NCBI RefSeq assembly: GCF_006345805.1
Contig: NC_043008.1
Span: 42,656,001 to 42,720,000 of the forward strand
Reading direction: 5' to 3'
DNA from: Octopus sinensis
Taxonomy: Eukaryota
Length of the DNA: 64,000 bases
The position numbers and the translations under genes are program-made. Shown in pieces: positions 1 to 12,727 of the stretch (positions are counted from its first letter, which is position 1; each line of letters starts with the position of its first letter). The notes beneath the pieces are model-generated. The model was not told where the DNA came from, searched no databases, and saw only the letters and a program-made list of their open reading frames with translations.

Positions 1-360
1 TAGCTTCGTATATATATACATACATACATATATATACATACGTACACAAATATGTATATTATACTTTACTAGCTTCAGCTCAAGAACTCCTGCCATTCTT
101 GGGCACCGCCCTTTTACACGTACACTATCTATATACACACACACATATACACACAGAAACATACACACGCAAACACACGCATGTATGTAGATATATGTAT
201 ATATATGCGTGTATATATATGTATATATATATGTGTGTATGTATAAGTATATATACATATATATATATATATATGTGTGTATGTGTATGTGTGTATATAT
301 ATATATATATATACAAACATATATATATATTCATATATATATATATATATATATATATAC
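1..360. repeat. (TA)n/(CA)n compound microsatellite
   Basis: Directly visible dinucleotide tracts; explains the YI/CV-repeat ORFs at 99-452. Confidence 0.95.
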
Positions 361-925
361 ACTGGCCATTCCCACAACTAATGTTGTTCAAAAAATTGAG
401 CACATTTCTCTACATCTTCATTAAAAAAAAGACTCTCTCTTCTGAACAGTAAGCCAACTATCGTAAAAAGCCGAATATAAAAGATTAAAAAATAATGGAA
501 ACCACAACGTGATGTCTTCTCTGTAAACAAGTAGTTGTTTGCTACAAATGCAGATCTTTGTTTCATGTGTTTACAATAGGAAATGTGATTTTTCTTGCTA
601 AGGCGATTTCTTCTGTTTTTTTTTTTTTTTTGATTTTTTTGTGTAATTGATGTTTGTACGACACACCGTACTTGCCATTAATGTCTGTTGTATCTAATTT
701 CTAAACGACGTCCAGTGCTATCACACAACTCATTGTCGTTGAATGTTTATTAATTGTGAGTTTGTGCTGCGAAAGATGCCTGTGCGTAAAATACTCGTTA
801 ATGAAGGTAATTTGGTGGACACAAAAAGAAAGAAAAAAGAAAAACTGAAAATGAAAAGCGCAAAAAAGGATTTGTGAATAAGGTAATGAGGTACAAGAAA
901 TTGGAGAGGGTTGTCTGGCGGTTTG

Positions 926-1070
926 CAGTGGAGAGTGGTAAAGAAATAAAATTAAAAGAATCGAGAACCAAGGACAATTCACAGTTTGCGTAGAGACTCG
1001 TCGGTATAGTCAATGAGCTACAATAAGTCGGTTTCTGCTGCTGCTGCTACTATTACTACTACTACTAGTC

Positions 1071-1103
<33 letters not shown>

Positions 1104-1400
1104 GTATTTGTAGTAGTAGGAGTAGTAGTAGTAGCAGTAGTAATAGTAGTAGTAGTAGTAGTCGTAGTTATTGTAGTAATAGCAGAAGCAGCAGGAACCG
1201 GTTTATTGTAGTAGTAATAGTAGTAGTAGCTGTAGTAGCAGCAGCAGCAGTAGTAATACTACTACTACTACTACTATGACTAGCAGCAGCAGAAACCGAC
1301 TTATTGTAGCTCATTGAATATACCGACTAGTCTCTACGCAAACTGTGAATTGCCCTTGGTTCTCAATTCTTTTAATTTTATTTCTTTACCACCCTCCATT

Positions 1401-1401
<1 letters not shown>
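926..1401. repeat. Inverted repeat (fold-back), ~120-bp arms around a (TAG/CTA)n spacer
   Basis: 926-1049 (cagtggagagtggtaaagaa...gtcggtttctgctgctgc) is the reverse complement of 1281-1401 (tagcagcagcagaaaccgac...tttaccaccctccattg) with few mismatches. Confidence 0.9.
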
Positions 1402-1455
<54 letters not shown>

Positions 1456-1456
1456 C

Positions 1457-1528
<72 letters not shown>
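1040..1528. repeat. (TAG)n/(CTA)n trinucleotide microsatellite, interrupted by the right arm of the inverted repeat
   Basis: Direct; pure (GTA)n run at 1401-1528 gives the poly-V/T/L ORFs. Confidence 0.95.
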
Positions 1529-1529
<1 letters not shown>

Positions 1530-3644
1530 CACTGGAACTCAAACAACACAGCTGCCAATCCACATAAAAGAAAAATGTTGTAGAATCCATCAGGTCCGAA
1601 AGGGACAATCTTTGCGAAAACGAAATAAAATATATATATAATGTAACAGATGTGAAGACACGTATAACCAATGAGGTCTAACATGACAGAAATATCACAT
1701 CAAAACCTTGTCAAACAGAAAGAAAACAAAACATTACAAGAAGAGACATTAGTAATCTCCGAGAGTCTGACCCATGGATACAAACTTAGTCGTAACAAAA
1801 TATCATAAGTGACTCCACATTCAACAATGAACAGAACATAAAATACATCACATCAGAATAATCAGTCAACAATACAGAGAATATGTGAGAAACAGCACAG
1901 AACATGTAGTAGGGACATCAGTCAGGTGGAGTATTTAAACGATGGCTCGACATGTGGGAAATAGCAGTAAGGTCACACGCAAAATCTTCCACAAAGAAAT
2001 TAAAAACTTTGAGTAATGTGGTTTTGAGGAACTTGTAAAAGAAAAATACGATGATCATTCTTTGTTTAAGAAGTATCTTTGAACACAGGTCTTCTGTACG
2101 AGAGCTACACGAAAGACCACCAAACTATACATAAATATTTTACACAAAATACTGACGAAAATCACAAATTTTCTTCTAAGATATTATTTCCAGAGAACCT
2201 CAAAAGCCCTTAAGTAACTTGCATTTTACTCATTATCTGTGGCGGAAACAAGGACACAATCATTATTAAGGGCCTTTTCGGTGAAGCTCACCAAATACTT
2301 GTGAAACTATATTATACAAAATGTTTAGCAGCAAAATTATTTATGCAGCGATGGATAAAGGTGAGAAAGAAGTGAGTTGAAACGAGAATGGAAAAAAGAA
2401 GGAAATTTTACGAAAATATAATATCAAGAATCAAGACGACTCACTGGAGGTAAAAAAAATAGTTTAAAGAAATTCATCTCAGCAACAAAAATGCTGAATA
2501 AGAAATTTGTAAAATCTAATGTTTTTCTTTCACGTGAAAAAAGAAAAAGGAGACATCAGCAAAGAGAATAACACAGGATGACACATTAACATCACAAATA
2601 AATAAAACCGAAGATGACATACCAACATTATAAACAAATAGCAACATTATAAACAAAAAGCAACATTATAAACAAGTACAGAATCATACCGAGTGATGTA
2701 TGTAACCAATACATATATCACAATAAATATATACTGCTGATTATGGATAAAAATAAATGGCTGTTATGGGCATGGACTGGAATAAATTAATAGAGTAAAA
2801 ATTATTATCTAGTCATTCTAGAAACTTCCATAAATGGCTACATTATCCCATCTGTATTATCATCTGATATTTATGAATATTAGGCAGCTAATTATTAAAC
2901 ATACCATATAACACAGAAGAAAATAATACAAATATCCAAAATTAAAATATCCTAATGACTTCTGTTTATCAAAAATAAAGAAAGACCGATTTCCTGTATT
3001 CTGTATAGTAATTTGCCTAAAGGCTCAGAAGTGTTGTTGAAACCGAATATATTGTTATGAAAACAAAAGCAAGCATTATCGAACCTGGTTATTAGTGTAC
3101 ACAGCAAAAGAAACTAAAAACTATGAATGACTGGGACTGATTAGCGACAAGAAAATCACTGATTTTATAATCATGGATATTGGCGATGTTTCGGGTAAAG
3201 GAAGCAGTTTCAACAGCCAAGATAAATCGTGTTGAAATAGGATTGAAAAAGAAATGAGTAGAATTTTCTTAGATATACGATGAATCGTAAGACATCCGGT
3301 GGACGAATTATAAATCAATTCATTTCCTTCGATGAAATAAAACTATTTACCAGCAGGCAATTCTCAGCTGGAACACGTATTAAAACTGCTCGTGAATTCG
3401 GTTTTGGTATCAAAGTAACTACTGAGTTACGCAACTATGCCATATTACTAAAAAAATTATGTAAATAGGAAAAACTGGAAAGATTATATTCAATGCCTGA
3501 AACTCAAGAACTAGAATTAAACCGACACCACACTAGAATAAAAAAGAATCAGTCAACTATTTATAGATCAAACTGAATGCCAGTCATGGCATAAAAGGTA
3601 TGACTACAGTAGCCATTCCAATCATAGAATAATATTCAGTATAA

Positions 3645-4035
3645 TACAGGGTGTTCTAAAAGTCTCTTTGCAGTATTTTATTGCAAAATAAATATTTATA
3701 AGATGGTATAAGACTACAAAAGAATATATTAGACTTTACAAGACTTTAAAAAACTTCCTAAGAAATGCTGAAAGTGTTGTGCTTCAAGTCAGGTAGCCAG
3801 AGTCCCTTCGAAATAACCCGTCGATCGAAAAATTCACAGCAAAGGGACTCTTTGAGCATCGTATGTACTGGAGGTTTGACCAATAATCTCAAAGATGACT
3901 CGATTTATTGAGGGTAAAAACTGCATTCTAATGCAGAAAGGATTCGAATATTACTACACGTCTTGGAGGTTGGAATTTTGTCTGATACAAACATAATTAT
4001 TTCAACGTGTCTAATATTTCAGGATACTTAACCGT
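3645..4035 (-). mobile_element. Internally deleted Tc1/mariner-superfamily DNA transposon remnant nested in the R4/Dong-like element
   Basis: Begins TA-CAGGGTGTTCTAAAA (TIR-like); minus strand encodes EFFDRRVISKGLWLPDL (cf. DRIISKGLWPPRSPDL); homologous to 17298-17686. The right boundary is approximate. Confidence 0.65.
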
Positions 4036-4439
4036 ACAGGGTACCTAATATAAGAGAGGGACGAAAATTTGGTAACTCTTGGGAAGAACCACATTTAGAT
4101 TAACAAAAGAAATTTTAAAACAAAATATGAAAGGAAATATATTAAAATAAACCTGAAAGAATATGAAAGGAAGAGAGAAAAATCCCTCTTTCGCGATTAT
4201 ACTACATGAGGTAATACAAATATATTCTGTCAGCATAATAGGTAAGAATGGCTGAAAAGCACTGGACTATAGCCAGAAAAGGATGATCAAGTGATAGTTC
4301 TTTAAGTTCAAAGTCAAAAGAGAATCTTTTCAACCAAAGTCTAATGAGACGGGCCAACATTAATTCAGGGCTTTGTAATCAACAAAAACAAACGGCTTTC
4401 AATATTATTGGACACCCTGTTCTTCCACACAATTTGTGT

Positions 4440-4449
4440 GTGTGTTTGG

Positions 4450-4494
<45 letters not shown>

Positions 4495-4619
4495 TATATA
4501 TTGAGAGAGAGAGAGAGATAGATATATAGATAAATAGATAGATATAGATATAGATACATACATATATACATTTACATATCTATGTATATACATGTATATT
4601 TGTGTATGTATACGTATGC

Positions 4620-4698
<79 letters not shown>

Positions 4699-4760
4699 TA
4701 TATGCATGTGTGTGTATACACACGCACAAACATACACACACACTCACGCTCACGCATATG
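4440..4760. repeat. (TA)n/(GA)n/(CA)n compound microsatellite inside the R4/Dong-like remnant
   Basis: Direct. Confidence 0.9.
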
Positions 4761-5559
4761 TATACATATGTCCTAACAGATATGTCCACTTTGGCAATAT
4801 ACCAAGAGAATGACATGAACAAATAACAAATAACAACGCATTATAATGATAGATCGGGCGCAGTGTATAACAATGGTGTGACTACAGCAATCTGAGATAC
4901 ACTTATACAAACTGACAGGGAGATGAAAGCGAACCGCCCAGATGAAATAATCAAAGAATACAATGAAAATCTTCGTACGTCATCATCCTTTTTCCTGACC
5001 AAAACATATTTCCAAAGCTTAAAAATAGAAAATAATTGACCAAAATATTGAACCAAAAGAAACCGAAAACTGTTTCAGTTCTAGGAACTTTAAATGATGC
5101 GAGTTTGAAAAACAGTAAAATCAAATAAAGTCATAGTTGCACTCGGTTGTTGTAGCTACAGACAAAAGCATAAAATCTCTACAAAGGCTGCCATATTTAC
5201 AAATTTATAACGGCCCCACAAGATATTGTCCGAATAATCTTCTCCCAAAATAATTCTTAGTCCGAATGATCTCCTCACGAATACTCAAAAGAATTTGCCA
5301 ACCCTCAATGTTGCAATGTCGACAACTCCAGTTATTATAATATATGCCACTCAAATACTTTGTAACGAAGTTTTACATTAAAATAGAAATTATTGAAATA
5401 TAACAAAACGCATTTTTTAACTTATATGAATTCATTTCCCTCCACACAAAACATAACGATGTTCAGAAATATGAAAGTAATTCAAGAGGTCGACTAAAGA
5501 CTTGTTGGAACCTATTGAAAAAAAAATACAGCGATAATATTAATGCTAGAACCAATAAG

Positions 5560-5770
5560 CCTTTCTACTTTTGGCACAAGGCCTAACATTTGGGAAAGGG
5601 GAGTAATTGATTACATCGATCCTAGTAGCCGAGTGGTACTTGATTTATCGAACCCAAAAGGATGAAGGGCAAAGTCGACCTCGGCGGAATTTGAACTCAG
5701 GACGTAAACGGGTGAAATATCGTTACGGACTTCAAGCAGCGTGCTAACGTTTCTAACATATTACTGCCTT
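5560..5770 (-). mobile_element. SINE family S1 (tRNA-like head)
   Basis: Reverse complement of the S1 consensus seen at 63527 (B box gagttcaaattcc; gtcgactttgcctttcatcctt). Confidence 0.85.
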
Positions 5771-5789
5771 ATAATGCTGTTACTAATAA

Positions 5790-6005
5790 TGATAATAGAT
5801 TCACATTTTAGGCAACAATCTTGTGGGGAAGGGGTTGGTTGTTCCTGTCACTTTTAGTATTTGATTGATACTTTAGTTCGTCGACCTCCAATGCTGAAAG
5901 GCAAAGCTGAGTGTGGTTGTATTGAAACTCAGAACTTAAACATCTGGATGGCGTGAGTTTCAGCAGTATGTCGTTGCAATACGATGCTGTTGGATCGCCC
6001 CCTTA
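5790..6005 (-). mobile_element. SINE family S1, degenerate copy
   Basis: gtcgacctc...gaaaggcaaagctgag...attgaaactcagaac matches the S1 reverse complement. Confidence 0.7.
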
Positions 6006-6055
6006 ATAACAACAACAACAACCACGACAATTACAACAACAATAACAATAATAAT

Positions 6056-6252
6056 GGATGAAATAAAGATTTATGCGGAAAATGAGAAACATTTTGTAAG
6101 TCTTGTACACACTGTTCTCATTTTCTCAAATGATGCAGATGTGAAACTTGGGATCGAAAAGTGAGCTATTTTGAAAATGAAACAAGGACCATTGAAAAGA
6201 AACGAAGGGATGGAAATGCTAAATGGGCAAACAATGAAAGCGGTTGAGAAAT
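6056..6252 (+). mobile_element. R4/Dong-like reverse transcriptase fragment
   Basis: MDEIKIYAENEKHFVSLVHTVLIFSNDADVKLGIEK*AILKMKQG...EGMEMLNG closely parallels MDDLKLYAKNEKELxSLxxTVRIFSxDIGMxFGIEKCAxLxMKRG. Confidence 0.8.
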
Positions 6253-6349
6253 CTATCAGGGGTTTAAGTATTTCTGACTAAGCATTCTAAAGCATTGTGA
6301 AGTACCATGGAAATTTCTTACAAACTTCCAACATTTATTATATCAAAGG

Positions 6350-6567
6350 GAGGTAACGAGTCGGCAGAATCGTTAGCACGCCGGATGAAATGCATAGTGG
6401 CATTTCGTCCGTCTTAACGTTATAAGTTCAAATATAAGTCGTCTTTGCCTTCCATCCCTTTCGGGATCGATAATATAAATACCAGTTGAACACTTGGGGC
6501 GATGTAATCGATTTAACCCAATCCCACACTCCCCGAAACTGCTGGCCTTGTGCCAATATTTGAAACA
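6350..6567 (+). mobile_element. SINE family S1
   Basis: A-box-like tcggcagaatcgttagc and the S1 body/tail. Confidence 0.85.
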
Positions 6568-7248
6568 AAAATATTTTTACTATCCGACGAAGGATTTGTA
6601 TGAATTAGCGTTTTAGACAAACCACACCTATGTACTTTCCGTTTCCCTTTCAGCTACTCATCCCACCATCTTCATAAAACTTCCACGAATTTATATTTCT
6701 ATACAACACTTTGATACCTCAGAGCCCAAATTCTATTCTCGTTTGAAAACTATTCATTTCAGCAAAAGTTATTTAGTTCGTTGGCTCCTTTCAGCCATAA
6801 AGTTTATAATTATGCCGGACTACCTTCTACAATGGCGAATCTGCTCATGTTTGTATGGTTTTTACTGTGTATCCTGAAAACCAATATGGTTGATGTGGTG
6901 TCAGTCTGATGTTAATTATCGTCCATTGTTGATAGAGTAGAAGCTGCTTTCACCTATTTATAAAAGTTTCCATGCTTAGTTTGGGTTATTCTAAAGTAGA
7001 TTGATGCTAATTTACATATCATGGCTATCAGACACACACACAAACGAATGCACGCGCACGCACACAAGCATACATACACAAATACGCGCACACACGCACA
7101 CACATACGAAACTATATATGTCGAAACTTCGAAATAACTGTAAAACGTCTTGTAAACTTCCAAAACGTACTCGAAGTATTAAGTTTTTCTTCAGTTTAAT
7201 GTAAAATATCTATTCTAACAACAAGCATTAATATATAAATATGTATAT

Positions 7249-7309
<61 letters not shown>

Positions 7310-7311
7310 AT

Positions 7312-7563
7312 ATTCAAACATATAAGGTATGGCCATAATAGGACATCCGACTCACTAGAAAGAGCAGCCAAACTCCAAACCACTAATAGTTGTAATTCTG
7401 AAATGGAAAGAGAAATAAAAACGTTTACTCTCTCCCTTCTGGACTATGCATAGTTTTTATTTCTCTTTCCATTTCAGAATTACAACTATTAGTGGTTTGG
7501 AGTTTGGCTGCTCTTTCTAGTGAGTCAGATGTCCTATTATGGCCATCCCTTATATGTTTGAAT
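7312..7563. repeat. Fold-back: 111-bp arms, 30-nt loop, ~2 mismatches
   Basis: 7312-7422 is the reverse complement of 7453-7563; loop gtttactctctcccttctggactatgcata. Confidence 0.95.
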
Positions 7564-7669
7564 GTATATTACATAGTCTATTGACTATTTTTACCTTCTC
7601 ACTTGACCGCTGGTAGCGGAGAATTTTTCTAGAATTGTTTGCTACCCTAAAATTTATTAATATATATAT

Positions 7670-7685
7670 TGATAGATATATAGAT

Positions 7686-7762
<77 letters not shown>
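7670..7762. repeat. (GATA)n tetranucleotide microsatellite
   Basis: Direct. Confidence 0.95.
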
Positions 7763-7763
<1 letters not shown>

Positions 7764-7904
7764 CACGCACACGTCAAGGTCACCAGCGCTTATCCCCACG
7801 CATATACACGTTCTCACATACACACGAACGCTGCACCTTCGTTTTGGGATCACCACTGCTTTTTTTAATCTCCCCTCCTTCTTAGCTCTCCTGTTTGACT
7901 ACCT

Positions 7905-8098
7905 CTGTCCGGCATTTGCCATGATTGATTGCTAGCCACTAAACCATTTTTATTTTCTCTCCCTGTTTATTTCTGTGTTCCTTTCTGTTGAAGAGCGTAG
8001 GCTCGAAACGTAAAAGACTTTCTCACTTCCCGAGCATCTGTTTGTTGTTTACACACCCGTCTTCGTCTTTTGCTTTTTATTTTTGTAAATTGCAACTA
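7905..8098 (+). mobile_element. Short HHR-bearing interspersed repeat, family A (PLE-terminus-like), copy 1
   Basis: Homologous to 13315-13432, 31975-32124, 36835-37016 and 57262-57473; contains CTGTTGAA-GAGC gtag GCTC-GAAACGTA. Confidence 0.75.
7981..8016 (+). ncRNA. Minimal type-I hammerhead ribozyme-like motif (A6U variant)
   Basis: Helix I CTTT/AAAG; core CTGTTGAA; helix II GAGC-gtag-GCTC; GAAA; palindromic helix III ACGT; GUA cleavage triplet. Confidence 0.6.
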
Positions 8099-8322
8099 CA
8101 CACACACACACGCGCGCGCATACACACACACAGACGCATACACGTATACATAACTGAAAAGTGCCGGTTTTCAGTACTAAGTGTGATTCTTTCCTGATCA
8201 TCAGCTTCTAAAACTAGCTGTGCCTGTGAGTTCTGGGAATCAGAACTTTTCAGTTGGAATGTATCAAAGGATACTCTGCATTTCTATTAAGTCCTGTAAT
8301 TTATTGCTTCTGGTGAATGCAA

Positions 8323-8359
<37 letters not shown>

Positions 8360-8586
8360 GGTTCGGTATTCTATTCCATTATACTCTGACACGAAGATTC
8401 CTTGCTAATTTCCGATATTTGTAATATTAAACACGAAGCTGGATTTGTATAAATCAGCGGTTTCAGATAAACCATAACTGTGTGACGTCCATTTTGCTTC
8501 CAGCTAAAAATCCCACAAAATTAACAACAAATCCCTGTACGATGTTAATAAATGTATGCACATATTAGTCTATATACATACATACA

Positions 8587-8660
<74 letters not shown>

Positions 8661-8692
8661 ATATATATATATATAATTATATATATACATAT

Positions 8693-8774
<82 letters not shown>

Positions 8775-9349
8775 CTATGTATGTGTTCATTCATTAACAT
8801 CGTACCAGCTTATGTTAAGATTTATTCATTACTATCAAATTTGTTCTCCTGACAACTAGTCAAGTTCCTTGGCAACAACGCAACTTCCCTTTTCATTAGC
8901 AATGTTCCATCTTGTGGTATTCATATGTTTCTAGATATCAGTATACTCGCTTTCTGATCTAATTATTGAAACTCAACGTATATATTTAGCTGAGCATGTA
9001 TAAGCTGTCTCTACAAATTTTTCTCTCATACTTCGAATACATCTCACTTCTAAGTTTTCTCCGTTTCATTACAATGTACAGTTTTATCTGACCGTACATT
9101 GCTAACGTTTGTCATTTCTCCTCAATTACTTTCGATGTATCTTTATCTCCGCCAAACGCTATGAGTCTCTACGCGTTCACCAATGTTTAATGAAGGAAGC
9201 CTTTGCACATTTTTCGTCATTACATTGAAATGGAAATTCTTACTTCGGTGGATGGATTACATGCGTCAGAGGTATTAACGTAACGTGAAAGAGAGAGAGA
9301 GACAGAGAAGCAGTTAGAGAGAGAGAGAAGTAGTGAAAGAGAGACACAG

Positions 9350-9391
<42 letters not shown>

Positions 9392-9651
9392 ATTTCTCAT
9401 AGAATTTTTCATAATCCTGTTTTTGATATATTATCTCTCATTTCTAACTTCCTCCCCTCCTATCTCCCTCCCTCCCTCTTTCTTTCTCAATCTCTCTCTC
9501 TCTCTCACTGTCTCTGTCACTATATATACTGTTTGTTCATTTATAATAAGAAATATGTGTTCACTTATAATAAGAAATTCATTAACCCCATGGGTTGCTG
9601 TATACGTGCGTAGAGTACAATTTTATTGTTCTTCCTAAGAGTAATATTAAC

Positions 9652-9725
9652 AATTACTTCGAAGTTTCGCCCACTTAATCAATCTTCGGACGATGGCTTA
9701 ATTGACCGAAACTTCGAAGTCAATC
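9652..9725. ncRNA. Mini fold-back of two outward-facing degenerate HHR-like cores
   Basis: Plus strand CGGACGAT-GGC ttaatt GACC-GAAACTTCGAAGTC (palindrome ACTTCGAAGT, GUC site); minus strand CCGAAGA...GGGC-GAAACTTCGAAGTA. Confidence 0.5.
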
Positions 9726-9839
9726 ATATATTTCATGAAGAATTATAACACATTTTCCTACATATGTATATATGAATTTTTTGCGTAATAAGATAAAAAA
9801 CCAAGGATGTAAAGATATTACAGCATTTATATATAGAAG

Positions 9840-9891
9840 GTCTTACAGCTGTTTCTAGGATATCCATTAATAATATTCCTTCATCGGAGAC
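9840..9891 (-). ncRNA. Minimal type-I hammerhead ribozyme-like motif
   Basis: Minus strand: GTCT-CCGATGAA-GGAATAT tattaatgg ATATCC-TA-GAAAC AGCT GTA-AGAC; helix I GTCT/AGAC, palindrome ACAGCTGT; U4C lesion in the core. Confidence 0.55.
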
Positions 9892-9934
9892 GGTGTGAGA
9901 GGAAAATTAACTCATAATTTGTTTAGATGTGATA

Positions 9935-9937
9935 CAA

Positions 9938-9970
<33 letters not shown>

Positions 9971-9993
9971 CTATATATATATATATATATATA

Positions 9994-10027
<34 letters not shown>

Positions 10028-10225
10028 GATATATATATATATATACATATATATGTATGTATATATATATATGTATATATATGTATTATATATATATATA
10101 TTGTATATATATAGTATATATATATGTATATTATATATATATGTATATATATATATATATTATAATATATATATATATTATATATATATATATATATAGA
10201 TATATATATATATATATATATAAAA
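9935..10225. repeat. (TA)n microsatellite
   Basis: Direct. Confidence 0.95.
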
Positions 10226-10466
10226 TTAGAAAAAAGCACCTTCTATAATTCAAAATGAACAATTAAATTACACCATCTAGAAAATTACATATAATAGAAA
10301 TATTATATTTATTTGTTCATTTTGAATTGATAAAAGTTGGGTTTTTTTCATTTTTTTATATACATATATTAAATTGTGTGAAATTTGATTTAGTATTTCT
10401 AAATTGATTTGTATTTCCTTGTAAGTTTTGGAATTTTTTCCCTCAAATAATAATAATTATATACAT

Positions 10467-10534
<68 letters not shown>

Positions 10535-10538
<4 letters not shown>

Positions 10539-10885
10539 TTAATCTATCGACCGCGAAAGGACGGAGTCAAAGTGGACGTCGGCGGAATTTGAACTCAGAA
10601 TGTAAAGACAGACGAAATACCGCTAAGCATTTCGCCCGGCTTGCTCACATTTCTTATTTCTTTGTTGCCTACAAGGAGCTAAACACGGAGGGGACAAACA
10701 AGGACAAAGTGATATTAAGTTGATTACATCGACCCCAGTGCATAAGTGGTACTTAATTTATCGACCCCCGAAAGAAGGAAAGGCAAAGTCTACCTCGGTG
10801 GAATTTGAACTCAGGACGTAAAGACAGACGAAATACCGCTAAGCATTTCGCCCGGTGTGCTAACGTTTCTGTCAACTCACCGTCT
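10535..10885 (-). mobile_element. SINE family S1, tandem dimer (period ~216 bp)
   Basis: gaatttgaactcag at 10585 and 10801; second unit carries the full head (ctaacgtttctgtcaactcaccgtc). Confidence 0.85.
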
Positions 10886-11334
10886 TACAGACTCACATAC
10901 TAACGATGCTGCAGACCTTAATTTACTAAATAAATAATTTACTAAATAATTTACTAAAACGTGTTCTCCTAATATTTAGAAATATATATTGGACCTTTGA
11001 GCAGTTCTTAAATTTCGCATACCTTTCCCAACTTCCTACTGCTCTCAATAAAACGTGTTAGACACATAAGCTTTCGCTACACTTAAACATGAATCTTTGT
11101 AGAAAGCCCAACGGCCTATCAACGACAGCCTACGCTTCATTTCATACAGTCAAAAAGCGGCTTTTATAAATCTCAGTTATCACATCCCAGATACTGGTTA
11201 GATTTAAAGAATTTTATCACATTTTCTTGCGATTTTCCCTTTATTACCAGCGGCCACTGTGCATTGAAACTCAATGAAAATTTAAAAAAACCAATCGGAT
11301 TTTATATAGAACTCAACTAAATAGAGACTAATAA

Positions 11335-11432
11335 TTTTGCGGAAACAGAAAACTCAAGTTCTTAACAGAAGTTGCAGGGACGTAAACTCATCAGCATCGG
11401 TTATCAAGCGATGGCAGGGGGGCGTAAACACT
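11335..11432 (-). mobile_element. SINE family S3 body fragment
   Basis: Reverse complement of the catcgcttgataactgatgctggtgtgtttacgtcc segment at 49450-49510. Confidence 0.65.
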
Positions 11433-11483
11433 TACACACGAACATACACCCACACACACATATATATATATATATATAAGTAC

Positions 11484-11534
<51 letters not shown>

Positions 11535-11540
11535 CATACA

Positions 11541-11582
<42 letters not shown>

Positions 11583-12260
11583 GTATATATATAATACACC
11601 GAAATGTGGGGTTTATTTCACAGATGAGCTAAAGGAACGAAGAAAGCTGGGTAAGTGCTGTAACGGATTACCAGGGCCCCAAGTTTATATAGCTGAGATG
11701 GGAGTTATGGATCCATTCTAGATTTCCAATAAAGCAGATATATAATCGTTAAGGTGGACAACAAATGTTAAGGCAACACAAACATCTCAAGTCAAATATT
11801 GGAAAAATTCAAAGTCTTACACCAGTTTTTGAAATATCAAAAAATTTGAGATGTTCCCACGCCCTCTTCCACTCTCCTTATTCACAATTATGTATATATT
11901 TACTTGGGTCAACTTGTCATCCGCATCTTATCCAAGAACCCAAAAGACCCAACACTCAGACAAATACGGGAGTACGTCCTTATAGATGAAACCTCACCAA
12001 TACTAAATAGGAAATATACATAGTAGATACCATACCTCCATACCCATAGTTTACGCAGGTAGAGTAGAATAGTTAGTGGACTGTTAGGTAGATAAATGTA
12101 TGTATGTGTGTGTGTATGCATTTTTTTTCTTTGTATGTAAGCATATAGATATGAAATCAAACAGATCAACATACAGACGGATAGGTACATAAGTTACAAG
12201 AACAGATAAGCATACATACGCAAATATATTATATATATATATGTATGTATATATATATAC

Positions 12261-12314
<54 letters not shown>

Positions 12315-12727
12315 ATTATATATATATAATATACATATATATATACGTGCATATTTTTATTTATGTATGAAAAGCTATTTGAAAACAGCAAATATTTCAA
12401 AGAGCGTCAACAACAAGTGAAATGATGCCAGAGGGCAAGTGACGTACATTGAATGTTGATGTAGTGAAAGCCAACAAAGAGTTGAACACAAACGCATCAA
12501 CAATGCTGCTTATGAATAAGAGACGCAATAATCGCCGTGAATAGAACTGCTTCTATCTTACATACAGCGTTAACTATTTTATTAATGTATTACAGACAGA
12601 CGTAGATACACATTCCTCAGCAAACTCCCACCCACGCGCAGACAAATATTCAGCGTATGTAAGATACAGGTCTTGTTTAATATATCTGTGCGTAAAACTA
12701 TCTACCTATCAATCTATATTATATCAC

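Larger units (their letters stand above)
1530..5140 (+). mobile_element. Highly decayed R4/Dong-like non-LTR retrotransposon (RT + REL endonuclease)
   Basis: Manual translation gives ordered, frameshifted motifs: INQFISFDEIKLFTS (~3310, cf. RT INHLLYMDDLKLY), KLNASHGIKGMTTVAIPI (~3573, cf. KLNxxNxIKAINTxAVPV), WLKSTGL*PE (~4248), [14 protein letters not shown] (CCHC knuckle remnant, ~4370), I*DTLIQTDREMKANRPDEIIK (~4890, cf. REL WDxxIxTDxxIxANRPDI). The 5' boundary is uncertain. Confidence 0.7.

Noticed and set aside
6700-6995. Possible GIY-YIG remnant (minus-strand xIGES)
   Set aside because: Only a 4-residue match amid stops; not supportable.
7088-7200. GAAACTTCGAAATA and a reverse CTGAAGAA...CTTCGAGTA resembling the 9.7 kb HHR pair
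   Set aside because: Core and helix II are too eroded to call; could be chance.
10247-10329. ~22-bp AT-rich inverted repeat (aattcaaaatgaacaa/ttgttcattttgaatt)
   Set aside because: Real but short and AT-rich, with no HHR or TSD; not distinguishable from background decay of an old repeat.
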